Positions 11,960 through 25,776 are shown, counted from the first letter of the whole stretch. The stretch: 63,631 nt of DNA, filler included, from Octopus bimaculoides (GCF_001194135.2; 4 parts of 4 records of this genome joined end to end with filler, not necessarily neighbours in it); one strand, 5' to 3'. The notes: generated by a model from the letters alone, not told the origin. Numbers and translations are program-made.

Positions 11960-12322
11960 AGATCATATGATCGGACTCGCGGTCATAGGATCGCGGTTTC
12001 GATTTCCAGAACGGGCTTGTGAGTGTTTATTGAGCGAAAACGCCTAAGGCTCCACGAGGCTGCGGCAGGGGATGGTGGCGAACCCTTCTGTATTCTGTCA
12101 CCACAACTTTTTCTCACTCGTTCTTCCTGTTTCAGTTGTACCTGTATTTCAAAGGGCCAGCCTTGTCACACTCTGTGTCACGCTGAGTCTCCCCGAAAAC
12201 TACGTTAAGGGTACACGTGTCTGTGGAGTACTCAGCCACTTGCACATTCATTTTCGACCAGGCTGTTCCGTTGATCGGACCAGCTGGAACTCCAGTCGTC
12301 GTAACCGACGGAGTGCCACAAT
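11960..12322 (+). mobile_element. SINE family B, long-tail variant
   Basis: Head and body match 5354-5535; 3' part ends cgtaaccgacggagtgccacaa and matches 29845-30216. Confidence 0.88.
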
Positions 12323-12557
12323 ATGGGTTTGATCATTTTCAAAACTGGCCAGCGGGCTTTTAAAAAAAATTGCACAAGGTTTTTTCAGTAGCCAGACGTA
12401 ATGCAAGAGATGTACTGGAGGAAACTTTATGGGATATTTAAATGAATTCTGGTGCAGGTAGAAACATATATTTAAACATTTTTTCTACGCCACCGCTATC
12501 AGTTTTACATGTAGATCTATTATCGATTCGAACATTAGCTCCATACAAATATTTACA

Positions 12558-12642
12558 AAATAGTAAATATACCACAATGTAAATATTTATACAAAATAGT
12601 AAATATACCACAATGTAAATATTTATGCAAAATAGTAAATAT
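12558..12642. repeat. 36-bp tandem repeat, about 2.5 copies
   Basis: Unit aaaatagtaaatataccacaatgtaaatatttatac. Confidence 0.85.
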
Positions 12643-13744
12643 TTTGGCCAAATATTTACTATTAATTGGGTATTTGCAGGTGTCTCTACAGTTACATTTC
12701 AGATCTTGCTCATTTTCATTGGATTATAGTCTTTTAATGACGTTCACTAACCGCGTGAAGTTCTTGTGTCAAGATTACTTAACCACTCGCTTTCATATTT
12801 CATTGACGCAGACTTACGATAGAATGGCACGAACCATAAATAAGGTCTTTAGGGGTCTAGAATATTTCGTAAAAGATCTCGTAGAATTAAAATCTTGAAC
12901 ACAAATAACGGCGTCCTGCGGACCCCGAAAGACAGTTTATAACATGTACCAGAATTCAATAAAATCTTCATTGCGTACGAAAAGATCTGGAATTTGTAAA
13001 GTGTCAACAGGGGCCATTAAAGGAGACGCTTCTCAAAGAATGTCACTGACACCTATAACAAATCAAATTTAAATTTGTTCAACGAGTTTATCACACAGAA
13101 GCTCATGAATTTGCCATTTGCTTTTACGAGAGAGGAAAGTAGCTAACATCTGGTACACACTTCGTAACCTTTCAGGTCCACAAGGTTAATTTTAGGAATA
13201 ACTCTAAATGTAAGTTAATTAACCGCCACAATCTGAAATATGTATAATTAGTAAGCATATATTAGACATTAAACCAGGAATGTTAACGCGATCCCCTTAT
13301 GGGACAACATAATGTCTCATTAGCAGTGGGATTACCCAGCTTAAAATAGTTGATAAAAAAATACTTGATATTTGTTCGTTCATAAGCGGACATCTTACCT
13401 TAATAGCTTGGAATTTGCTAAAGCTTAAACTTATTAGTGACTTGTATATTCAAATAATTCTGCACAGCAGGAAATCATCGGTGCTTTTCAATACTATTCC
13501 GTGGATGAAAAAGAAAAACAAACACAAAGCTAGATGAATATTTCAATGTGTGTGTCTGTGTTAGTAATTATCATTTGAATATTATATATACACACAAGAT
13601 TATGCGTTACACATAGTGTGCTACAGCTTACTAATACATAAATACACGCATACATTAAAATACAAGCACATATGTATACATAAGTATACATATATGTATA
13701 TCAATCTATATATACATACATACTTATGTATGCATATAGATATT

Positions 13745-13912
<168 letters not shown>

Positions 13913-15589
13913 AGTATACATATGTACATACATAAACACACACACACTTACACACACACATATATGTATATGCAAATATATTCATATGAAGATACATAGA
14001 TATTTGTATACATATTTATACATATATCTACCTGTATGTATACACAAAAATATATACACAAGCACACACACACACACACATACACACACATATATATATA
14101 TATACTTACATACATACCTATATATATATATATACATGTACACATACATATACATGTGCATATATATGCATAAGCTAACATACACACGGGCACACTCACA
14201 ACTCACATATACACAAATATTTATGTGTGTGTGTGCGTGTGTGTGTTGAAATATTAGTATAACAACCGAAATTCTTGTTTGCTAAACTCTTAAAAAATGT
14301 CAGCTATGTAATTAAATATTGCATGAAATAACAAATGTTAATACAATTTACTCGTAACAAATATCATTTGTTACGTTTCAGTGAATTCACTACTCTTCTT
14401 CTTAATGTCATTTCTTTCTGTCAATATTAACTGATTGATAAATGTATGTGAGCAATTAGAGTGTGACGCAAAATATATTATGCTTTTTAGAATGGCCCTA
14501 CAGAATTTCGCCGTCTAAGAGCGTTTTATTCATCTGGGTTCAATAATATATATATATATATATANNNNNNNNNNNNNNNNNNNNNNNNNNNNNNNNNNNN
14601 NNNNNNNNNNNNNNNNNNNNNNNNNNNNNNNNNNNNNNNNNNNNNNNNNNNNNNNNNNNNNNNNNNNNNNNNNNNNNNNNNNNNNNNNNNNNNNNNNNNN
14701 NNNNNNNNNNNNNNNNNNNNNNNNNNNNNNNNNNNNNNNNNNNNNNNNNNNNNNNNNNNNNNNNNNNNNNNNNNNNNNNNNNNNNNNNNNNNNNNNNNNN
14801 NNNNNNNNNNNNNNNNNNNNNNNNNNNNNNNNNNNNNNNNNNNNNNNNNNNNNNNNNNNNNNNNNNNNNNNNNNNNNNNNNNNNNNNNNNNNNNNNNNNN
14901 NNNNNNNNNNNNNNNNNNNNNNNNNNNNNNNNNNNNNNNNNNNNNNNNNNNNNNNNNNNNNNNNNNNNNNNNNNNNNNNNNNNNNNNNNNNNNNNNNNNN
15001 NNNNNNNNNNNNNNNNNNNNNNNNNNNNNNNNNNNNNNNNNNNNNNNNNNNNNNNNNNNNNNNNNNNNNNNNNNNNNNNNNNNNNNNNNNNNNNNNNNNN
15101 NNNNNNNNNNNNNNNNNNNNNNNNNNNNNNNNNNNNNNNNNNNNNNNNNNNNNNNNNNNNNNNNNNNNNNNNNNNNNNNNNNNNNNNNNNNNNNNNNNNN
15201 NNNNNNNNNNNNNNNNNNNNNNNNNNNNNNNNNNNNNNNNNNNNNNNNNNNNNNNNNNNNNNNNNNNNNNNNNNNNNNNNNNNNNNNNNNNNNNNNNNNN
15301 NNNNNNNNNNNNNNNNNNNNNNNNNNNNNNNNNNNNNNNNNNNNNNNNNNNNNNNNNNNNNNNNNNNNNNNNNNNNNNNNNNNNNNNNNNNNNNNNNNNN
15401 NNNNNNNNNNNNNNNNNNNNNNNNNNNNNNNNNNNNNNNNNNNNNNNNNNNNNNNNNNNNNNNNNNNNNNNNNNNNNNNNNNNNNNNNNNNNNNNNNNNN
15501 NNNNNNNNNNNNNNNNNNNAAATGAAAAGAACTAATTAACTTGTGAATAGAACTGGATATAAATCTCTGTTCTCCTATATTATAAATTC

Positions 15590-15672
<83 letters not shown>

Positions 15673-15697
15673 GTGCGCATGTGTGTGTTTGTGTCCA

Positions 15698-16305
15698 AAA
15701 ATGGAACAAGAACGCAGCAGATCACGATAAAATCTCCGGACAGATAGAAGATGCGAAGACGGACAGGAAAATCAATAAAAGAAACTTATTTACATCATTT
15801 ACATTTGACGGAATGAGAACCCAGGTTCGAAATTTCCCCAAGACACCTGATGAAGAATGGAGAGTATATCAGCCGAAACGTTGTGTCAACAAGAAACAAG
15901 ATGAGGACAAATATCCGTCAAATGTAAATAATGTAAATAATGTACATAATTCCTTATCTCTTAAATATAGAACTGGAATTTTAAAAAACCGACTGAAAAA
16001 CACAAGGAGAGGTCATTCGCAAGTTCCTCTCATCATTCAAGTTAACAAATTATTCTTAAAGTTTCGGTCAGTTACACTTGAGACTGTTCAAATCTGGCAG
16101 TCCCCAAAGATCTAAGCTAAGAGCATTAAATTTTTTGGGAGAAAGCAAGCGAATCTGTACAACAAAGATTAAAAAATGGTGAACTTGTTACACAATTATA
16201 AATACAAACAACAAGAAAATAATGACCTGCGTCTTTCGACTAATAAAGGTGAATCAAGTTGAACTGGCGCGAATAGACTGAAAGCCTTTGAGGCAGGAAT
16301 ATAAG
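15698..16305 (+). mobile_element. Dispersed repeat family E, interrupted by the hammerhead-bearing unit at about 15786-15975
   Basis: Matches 33330-33780 (-), 40190-40475 (+) and 25022-25125 (-), which lack the insert. Confidence 0.65.
15842..15887 (+). ncRNA. Minimal type I hammerhead ribozyme-like motif (Penelope-like pLTR), stem II damaged
   Basis: gacac-CTGATGA-a-gaatgg agagtatat cagcc-GAAAC-GTT-gtgtc. Stem I gacac/gtgtc is perfect; stem III is replaced by the palindrome AACGTT. Confidence 0.65.
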
Positions 16306-16336
16306 TCCTGAAAGTATATGTGCGTGTGCGTGTGTC

Positions 16337-16386
<50 letters not shown>

Positions 16387-16458
16387 TGTGTTTGTGTCTA
16401 TGTATATATATATATAGTTTTAGGAGAAAAAAACCAAGGTTCATTAACTCAGCCCTAA

Positions 16459-16509
<51 letters not shown>

Positions 16510-16581
16510 TGTGTTTGTGTCTATGTATATATATATATAGTTTTAGGAGAAAAAAACCAAGGTTCATTAACTCAGCCCTAA

Positions 16582-16627
<46 letters not shown>

Positions 16628-17478
16628 ACGGTAGAAACATTTGAAGCGTTCTTCAATAGTTAGAAAGATTTTTGCACATAAGTACCTCCATATTTCCATA
16701 TCTTAATGATTCTATATTCTCAAAGATTATCAACACACACTATCCCACAATACACTACTATTTTGTAGAATATCCTTCAAGTAAAACGACATTGATAATG
16801 AAGTTTTAAATGAATATTATTTATCGATATGGGGCAAATCTTTTTGCCCGCCCACCATTTCGTCTCTCAAAAAAATTGCCACATTCTCGTTGGTTGTACC
16901 GGCTTTGGGCAGGGACAGCAATATATTTTTCGAACGGACCTTTCAACTTAAGTTTCCACTACTTTCTAGTTAATCCGCGTACCAAATGATGATGTATAGC
17001 TTTTTTCACTAGTCCTTTACATATTACAGCTTTTTGTGGTCTTAGTTTCACCTGGCACCGGATGGTGTTTGGATTGAACTCATCCTGTTTGCATCTAAAT
17101 TGTTTTCAACTGAAATTCAGTTTCATATGAATGATATTCTAAAACACCTTCATAAAGATTTAGGCAGCCTAGAATTGTGGTGTCGATTTAGTATAGTACT
17201 GCTCTACCATTTATAGTAGACACGGTGTTTGAATAGCTCAGACAATATTGCAACATTTCCGGTGTACTCTATATTCGTCTCCTCTCTGGCTCGTCTCCAC
17301 TCACGTGCTCCCCCCCACACGCACGCACGCACACGTATGATACTGAGCATATCGATTTATACACATTATACGCAATCAACTGACACTGCTGTATCATACA
17401 CCAGAAACGAAACTAAGACAAACTTATCGTACACCATGTAACTCCAGTAACTACATCGAAATTTTGACGGGCGAAAAA

Positions 17479-17676
17479 GAAGCCTCTATGCACCGGGTAA
17501 GAACTACCCGCTGAATCTCCCTTAAACGACACTGCACCATCCTAGTAAGTGACACATTGGAAAACGTGGTCCTTGGTTTTGTGAATGTAGGAAAAATCGT
17601 GGAAGGACAGAAACTGGATCGCTTTTGATCATTAGTCTGACAGTGAAGTTCGATCCGGGGCTAAACGACACACAAC
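17479..17676 (+). mobile_element. Dispersed repeat family D
   Basis: gaagcctct...aatctcccttaaacgacac...gatccggggctaaacgacacacaac; matches 36915-37115 (-). Confidence 0.65.
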
Positions 17677-19469
17677 TCTAACACTATGACACATCGCCTA
17701 CATCACATTATCAAACACCTCAGTTAATGCCGCATTAGTAGCTAACATCACATCTTCCTTCTCTCATTAATGTCAATGCACGCCACTCAATACATCTATA
17801 CTGCTAACTCTATCAGCTCCTCCTTCTTCAATCCACGTCCTCCTACGCCTCCGCCTCCTCCGCCTCCGCCTCCTCCGCCTCCGCCTCCTCCTTCAGCTAC
17901 TTCAAATACTTATGCTGCATCTAACATCCATAAAGTGGTATGTCGTGTCGAAAGAAATAGTTAACCAGAACTGGAAGGCTTCAAATAAATAAATGTCAAT
18001 CAATAAATCAATAGTTTATATATCAGGAAAAAAAAAATGTCTTTTTTGCTGACATTTGGTTTTTCATGTCGTTTATATTTACTTTTACTGTATTTTTTTT
18101 TCCTTAATTATTTATTATTGGTATAAACGGGTGACGCATGTCTGTATTACACGTGTGATCAGAAGCAGATTCTGGTCACCTTAGTCATGGGCATATTAAC
18201 CCATGAGCGAACCCCTTTCCTACGAACGAAACCAGAGAGAACAATAAGAAAAAAAAAATAGCAAGCAAACAACCAACCAACCAACCAAACAAACAAACAA
18301 AAACATCACTGATCGTATAAAGATGCAGGGAAAAAACATTACCACGGGTTTATAAATATTTATTAGGAAATATCGAATGCGTGTTGTTTCAGAGAAGTTC
18401 GACCATTCATTTCTATCACCATTCGCATTCTTCGAGTACTTGTGTCACTGTAATCCATAAGTTTTAATGTTCAGAGCTATGGAAGTGTATATGTAGAGAG
18501 AACATGAATTAAAGGAATATATTTCCACAATAAACATAGCTATGGTCATTTATATTCATGTTATATTTCATGCAATGTTATTTGCGTGTATATACACATA
18601 TACATACATATCTAGTGAGATCCACGTTTACAATTCAATCCATGCTCGTGACCATGCATACATACATACATACATACTTACATATATATATATATTCATA
18701 TACATATATATANNNNNNNNNNNNNNNNNNNNNNNNNNNNNNNNNNNNNNNNNNNNNNNNNNNNNNNNNNNNNNNNNNNNNNNNNNNNNNNNNNNNNNNN
18801 NNNNNNNNNNNNNNNNNNNNNNNNNNNNNNNNNNNNNNNNNNNNNNNNNNNNNNNNNNNNNNNNNNNNNNNNNNNNNNNNNNNNNNNNNNNNNNNNNNNN
18901 NNNNNNNNNNNNNNNNNNNNNNNNNNNNNNNNNNNNNNNNNNNNNNNNNNNNNNNNNNNNNNNNNNNNNNNNNNNNNNNNNNNNNNNNNNNNNNNNNNNN
19001 NNNNNNNNNNNNNNNNNNNNNNNNNNNNNNNNNNNNNNNNNNNNNNNNNNNNNNNNNNNNNNNNNNNNNNNNNNNNNNNNNNNNNNNNNNNNNNNNNNNN
19101 NNNNNNNNNNNNNNNNNNNNNNNNNNNNNNNNNNNNNNNNNNNNNNNNNNNNNNNNNNNNNNNNNNNNNNNNNNNNNNNNNNNNNNNNNNNNNNNNNNNN
19201 NNNNNNNNNNNNNNNNNNNNNNNNNNNNNNNNNNNNNNNNNNNNNNNNNNNNNNNNNNNNNNNNNNNNNNNNNNNNNNNNNNNNNNNNNNNNNNNNNNNN
19301 NNNNNNNNNNNNNNNNNNNNNNNNNNNNNNNNNNNNNNNNNNNNNNNNNNNNNNNNNNNNNNNNNNNNNNNTATATATACATATATATATATATGCATAA
19401 ATACATATGTATATATACGTATGTATGTATACACAAGCACATACACACACACGTATATATCTTCATATA

Positions 19470-20663
19470 CAGGGGTTAGACAAAATAAAGAAGTATCTCT
19501 TTTCATCTAACTATTTTTACTACTGAGAGTATGAGAAAGTCAAAGCTGTTGTAGTTCGTATATGGCTTTGCTATGTACTTCATGACACAACCCACAGATT
19601 TTCTTACTTTATTGTATTTATGTATATTTAAATAAGTTAAAATTTGCGATTTATCTCATTCCGAAAAATGGTCGATATATTGGAGCGCTGATGTCTGAAG
19701 TTTCAGTCACTAAAACTGCAAAATTGTTTAATGTTTAGAGAAGTACATCCTTTAAAATAAGGCTGGCATTTCAAAGCTAGGGTGAATCGACCTCTGGCTT
19801 ATGTAATTATGGACGGAAGTTAAAGCTCACAGAGAAGAACGGCAGAACAGTGAAACGTATTGAATCTAAATCCTATTGAACTAAAAGCAAGCAGAGCGAA
19901 ACCACCTCCTGTCCAACCCTGTGTCAATCAAAATCGTTCATGTTGATTTTCACACAAATGAATACCTCGACAGAGCTACAATTGCTTAACATTTCTTTAC
20001 TGATAAATGGAAAACATTGCGTTAATACGATCAAAAGTGATCATTGGCTGAATGGAGAAATATCTTTTCTTGTAGATCATGATTATCATATTTAGAGACA
20101 GCCTGAAGAGGTCTTCAAGCTTAACAGTTTAGCCTACATCATAAGGCATGGAGATGAATCAGGGATAATCTAGACACTCATAGCATAGAATTCACTTGGC
20201 TGTTTATCTACTCTAAGTGTTAGTGTTAACGTCAAGGATTACCTCAGTATTTTCACTGATCGTATCCATCCTATTGAAAAAGCATGGTATATTCTCTGAT
20301 TGTAGAGCAATCTTCAACGACAATAAATTGTTGAGTCATACAGCTTATGCTATTCGAAATTGGTACGAAGAGCTCAGAGTTGAAGCAGACCATTACGATT
20401 GATACCCGCAAACATCGGATCGCAATCGAAAATTCATGGTGCATTTTAGAGCAGTATGTGAGAAACCGCCTCTCCCCACCATTGCAAGATCTAAAACGGG
20501 TTTTACTTGAAGAACGGCTCAATGTTTTCCTAGCAAACGGTCAGGACCTGTATGAATCAATTCCTCGATGTATTAAAGCTGTGATTGATGCCAAATGTGA
20601 ACCAACACCGTAGAAATAAAACATTCATTCAACAGGTGTTTTCTTTATATTGTCCCACCCTTG
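19470..20663 (+). mobile_element. Near full-length decayed Tc1-like transposon (about 1.19 kb)
   Basis: TIRs caggggttagacaaaataaagaa / caagggtgggacaatataaagaa with TA flanks. N-terminal remnant ...VSVTKTAKLFNV...GRKLKLTEKN and C-terminal IENSWCILEQYVRNR...DLYESIPRCIKAVIDAKCEPTP*. Confidence 0.85.
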
Positions 20664-21868
20664 TATGCATGTGTGTCTGTACGGATAGATGTGCATATAA
20701 TATCCCTTTGTAAATGGAGGTTTTGAGGATATATAAAATTGTCTCTTATTCGGTAGCAACGTAATAAAGAAATAGAGTTTCGTTTTCATTTCTACTTCAT
20801 TTTCTTGAAAAAACTGTTCGTATTTTCATTGCAATCCTTTCCACAACCATTCATCATTTGAATTTTCTTGGTATTGCAGATTTTATTGTCACAGATTCCG
20901 CGATTAGCCGTAGAGCATGAATTACAAACATACGTATTTCTGCAAGTATCGAAAATTCAGATTCTGTAACTGTATGGACGTGTGTATGTATGCATGCATG
21001 CATGTATGTATGTATGTATGTATGTATGTATGTACGTATGTATGTATGTATGTATGGTTTCATGTAATAAGGGTTCTCTTAACAATTTTGAAGCGTGCTA
21101 CGTGGGGACGTTGGTACTTGTTTCCATTTGGATCCAAAATGGATCCAAATTTAAATGCTGCATAATGACAGAGTACTACCGGTTTGTGGTTCTAATAATT
21201 GATATGGTAATAGTAATTTTATGGAGGAAATGTGTTGAGCAATGAAAAACTATTGATGGGTGGAAACAATGTCAGTTTAGGTGATAAAATTTAGCAACGG
21301 TGCTAGCGAAACGAAAGTATTTAAATGAATAATATATGCCTTACGAAAGCAATTTAAATAGGAGTATTTTATGATATTGCTGACGAGCTTACTTGCATGT
21401 TTCGTTGAAACAAAAGTTCCTGCCTTGGGCCCGAATCTTGCTGTATGCCAGTCACAAATAAATATGTGAGCATATGTGAATATATGTAAACGTATACAAG
21501 AGGTGGCGCCGACCGTATATTGATCACTCAGAAATCGTTGATCTAGCAAGGCTTTATTGAATAGCTGGAGAGATGATTCTGGAGTATCAATCCATCAGGA
21601 ATTTTCTATTCAGTACCGTTAAAATTATTAGAAGTAAGGGAAAAACTATTACCAAAAAAAAAAAAAAAAAAGGAATTATGCTTTTGGTTAATAATTGTGG
21701 TTTTAATTACATGAAATTAATAACAGGATCTTTTGATAGTGGGGAGAAGTACGATAGAAAAAGAATTGGGTTGGGATTATTTGTGTTTGTCAGTGTAAAT
21801 CTAAAAATTAAGGCCCTGGGTTCTTAGGTTTTGCAGGGAGATTGTTGTTTGTACTATTAGCTGTATAC

Positions 21869-22075
21869 AGGACGGTGAGCTGGTATAATCGTTGCTACGC
21901 CAGACAAAACGCTTAGCAACATTTCTTCAGTTATTTATGTTCTGTGCTGAAATTCCGACGAACGACGTCGGATTTGCCTTTCATCATTTAGGAGTCGATA
22001 AAATAAAATACCAGTCAAGTATTGGGGTTCATGACATCAATTTGATCTTCCTCTCAAATTTCCTAGCCTAGTAAA
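21869..22075 (+). mobile_element. SINE family A, diverged
   Basis: ggtgagctggtataatcgtt...tttgcctttcatc...gtcgataaaataa. Confidence 0.8.
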
Positions 22076-22124
22076 AAATAAATAAATAAATAAAATAAGG
22101 AATTATTAGCAGTATATCAATATA

Positions 22125-22238
22125 GGCACAAGCGTAGCTGTGTGGCAAGAAGTTTGCTTCCAACCATGTAGTATCGAGTTCAATCCCACTGCGCTGCACC
22201 TTGAACAACTGTTTTCTTCTATAGCCTCAGGCAATACA

Positions 22239-22274
<36 letters not shown>

Positions 22275-22282
22275 CATATATG

Positions 22283-22364
<82 letters not shown>

Positions 22365-22602
22365 TGTGCGTGTGTGTATGCGTGAGTGTCTTTGTGTCTG
22401 TGTTTGTTCCTCACCGCTGGTTGACACCGGTGTAAGTGTGTTTGCATTCCTGTAACATAGTGTTTCGCCAAAAATGCCCGTTAGAATAAGTACCAGGCTT
22501 TACAAAAAAACAGTAAAAGTACCGAGGTCGATTCGTTTGACTAAAAGTCTTGAATGCGGTGCCCCAGCATGGCCGCAATCTAATGACTGAAACAAGTAAA
22601 AG
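22125..22602 (+). mobile_element. SINE family C with an expanded internal (TACA)/(TA) tract
   Basis: Head, microsatellite, 3' half and tail all present. Confidence 0.85.
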
Positions 22603-23366
22603 ACTACAAGGAAAATAATTATGTGAGGCCTGCGACAGGCATTTAACTGAATCGGTGGCAATACATTTGACAACACAATATAAAGGATTAAGGAAGGAAA
22701 GAGGAGAGGAGTTATAAAGGCAGTGATATATTGATAGTTCACTGGTATCGTAATGCTTTCCATGACGTGATTTCTGATTGCAATTTGCTGGCATCATATC
22801 ATTACATTTCTTGTCAAGTCGCATCGATATATCAAATGTCTAATTCCTGAAAATGGCGGTTGGGGGTGGGGGTGGGGAATATAGAAAGACGGGTATGGTT
22901 ATCAGGATTATATCTTTATTATTTCAGTCGGTTTTTGCAAATACCATGAGTGACACTTGTGCAAGAAAACCTTTGCTGCTAACAGTTAGCGAATTTGATC
23001 GAAATACAGGTGCAGTTTTCAGATTTAGTTGGGACTTGGAAAGTAATTCACCGAGCAATGACAGAAGGCGTTGATAAGTGGAGGGAGGAGTCAAAGGTGA
23101 AAGAATGGTGTTCAGATTTGAAAGCAAAACATCAAGTTGATTTTCTGTGGGACATAGGGAATATCAAAGGTTTGTTTTGAGCTGAGCAAGTATATTTGAT
23201 ACGATGGCAGGAAATTTAGAGCAAGAAATACCATAGAGAGAGCACGGTTCATAAGGCTGACAGGAAGCGGTGCAGCTTCCTAGGGCTAAATAACCGTAGT
23301 ATTATTCCCTTCATGGGACTGTCACATTAAGTTGACAGCATACAACTACTTTATATATAGATACAC

Positions 23367-23429
<63 letters not shown>

Positions 23430-23648
23430 GTAAGTCCTAAAAAAGAACAACAAACAAAAAAAAACACAACAACGCGGGGACGTTGTACATGTAAAGTATT
23501 TGCAGACGCTTAGGGAGGGAGAGAAAGATGGTTGAACGTTCAGAAACAGAGGAAGTGGAATAGAAAGGAAGACGGAGGAAGTGCAATAGAAAGGAAGACG
23601 GAGGAAGAAATTCGCCTACGATTCACATGTGGTTATATTTTGAAATAC

Positions 23649-23920
23649 CCACCCCCAACAAAATACTTCGCGCCTTGTGCCGAGAGTAGAAAAGATTATT
23701 CAAGGTGGTGAGCTGGCAGAAACGTTAGCACGCCGGGAGAAATACTTAGCAATATTTCGTCTATCTTTATGCTCTGAGTTCAAATCCTGCCGAGGTCGAC
23801 TTTGCTTTCATCCTTTCGGAGTAGATAAATTAAGTACCAATTGCGTACTGGGGTAGATCTAATTAACTGTCCGCCCCATCTTCCAAAATTTCGAGCCTTG
23901 TGCCTAGAGTAGAAAAGATT
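23649..23920 (+). mobile_element. SINE family A: tail fragment directly followed by a full copy (23701-23920)
   Basis: ccttgtgcc(g/t)agagtagaaaagattat occurs at both about 23675 and about 23895; B box gttcaaatcc. Confidence 0.88.
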
Positions 23921-24711
23921 ATGTCAGCTTGCCACCTTGATAAGACAAAATAATGCAGAAGCTTATTTCCATTGAGAGAGTTTAGAGGTTAAACAATTAT
24001 TTCCAGATATGAGCAACAGATATATGTTGTTGAAATTGAGTAAAAGCCTTTTCAACCAGTGTATCAATATTTTACCTGTTCTAACCAGAGTTTGTGTCTG
24101 TATAAAAACTCTCACACATATTTAGAGACATACGAAAATTAATTATTGTCAACATTATTATCGCGGCTATTTTCCAAAACATATTTTTTTTATCGCAAGT
24201 CTAGACTTCTAATTCTAAATCTGAAATCATTGCGATGGTGATGTTTAATGATGGTTGATATTACCGTTGCAACCCTAGTTAAGACATGTGTAATATAATG
24301 CGTTTTTTTTTTCTTCTTCATTCCTTTCAAAGATAATATTATTGTTGTCTCAAGAATTGTTGTGTTGTTAGTGTCTCTAAATTTATTATCGGTACTTGGC
24401 GTAAATACTAGACTTAGCTACCGAAACAAACAATGTTAGAATATATATATTAATCGGATTAACATAGATAATACAGTCTAAATGTGTAATTCCAAAAATA
24501 CAACGTTCATTGTCTTATTCCTACCTAACTACATATTACACACACACACACACGCGCGCGCTAATATCAAATAATGAGAACGCGTGCTGTACACCACATT
24601 GGACGATAAATATTCATTATTTCTGGGCTAACAAGTCTAAGAACAGTTATTATGTGGGAAAATCGCTCAACAATTATCAAGCCTATAACGTGAAACCATT
24701 GGTAGCCTTGT

Positions 24712-24759
<48 letters not shown>

Positions 24760-24792
24760 NNNNNNNNNNATACACACACACACACACACACA

Positions 24793-25197
24793 GATTCTTT
24801 TATTCTATTCTTTTGCTTGTTTCAGTCATTTGACTGCGACCATGCTGGAGCAACGCCTTTAGCTCAACAAATCGACTCCAGGACTTATTCTTTGTAAGCC
24901 TAGTACTTATTATGTCGGTTACTTTTGCCGAACCGCTACATTACGAGCACGTAAAACACACCATCATCGGTTGTCAAGCAATAGAGTGGGGACAAACACA
25001 GATATACAAATATAAACTCCGAATGACCCGTCCTTGTTTTCTTTGTATCGTCTCTCTGGATGTTTTGTTGGCCCTTTCTTGTATCATCTAACTGCCTGGA
25101 TGTTTTGTGTTCTTGTCCCATTTACCCGGATCGATGTGGTTGGGAACCAAGCTACCGTACAACTCACAGTCAGCACGCCTACGCCCTTGGAAACATC
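24793..25197 (-). mobile_element. SINE family C, interrupted by a family E fragment (25022-25125)
   Basis: 3' half at 24793-25010 and degraded head at 25135-25197. Confidence 0.75.
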
Positions 25198-25359
25198 CAG
25201 TTTTTATGGGAAGATTTTGATTTAACTAATAGCATATTTGATGCCACATTATATAAAAGAGAGTCTTTTCTTAACATGAGACCAATGGTAGCGCTAATTC
25301 ACAAATAAAGAAATTATATGCACCAATGCGGTGTTGGACTACATTTTTCTTCGTTCGAA

Positions 25360-25405
<46 letters not shown>

Positions 25406-25776
25406 TTTTTGTATTTGGTTTGCATGATTTTTTTATGCGAATTCGTGAAGCATATTCTATTGTGTCTGGGGAGAGTCATTCTATTTTAATGCCTTATTAA
25501 TTAACACACTCGACTCTCAACAACTATTGTTATATATATTTTGTGTTTTTATTTGTGTCTTCCTCCTACTAAAGCCGTGGTAACCGGTGTTAGTTTGTTT
25601 ATGTACTCGGCGCTTTCTACTAGCACATGCACGCATTAATAAACACACTCACCGGATCGAATTCGTGTTATTTACATATTTATTTTTCCCGAAACTGCCG
25701 TTGTTTCTTGCAACCTCTTCTATAGTCAATGACCCAACGACTACTGAAGAGTTTGCAAGAAGCAAAGAAAATTTTA

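Noticed and set aside
12960-13040. Minus-strand peptide LQIPDLFVRNE resembling Cys-loop receptor loop A
   Set aside because: In-frame stops on both sides, wrong spacing to the upstream Trp, no other receptor exon found.
22853-22880. G-rich run as a G-quadruplex
   Set aside because: Only three tracts of three or more G.
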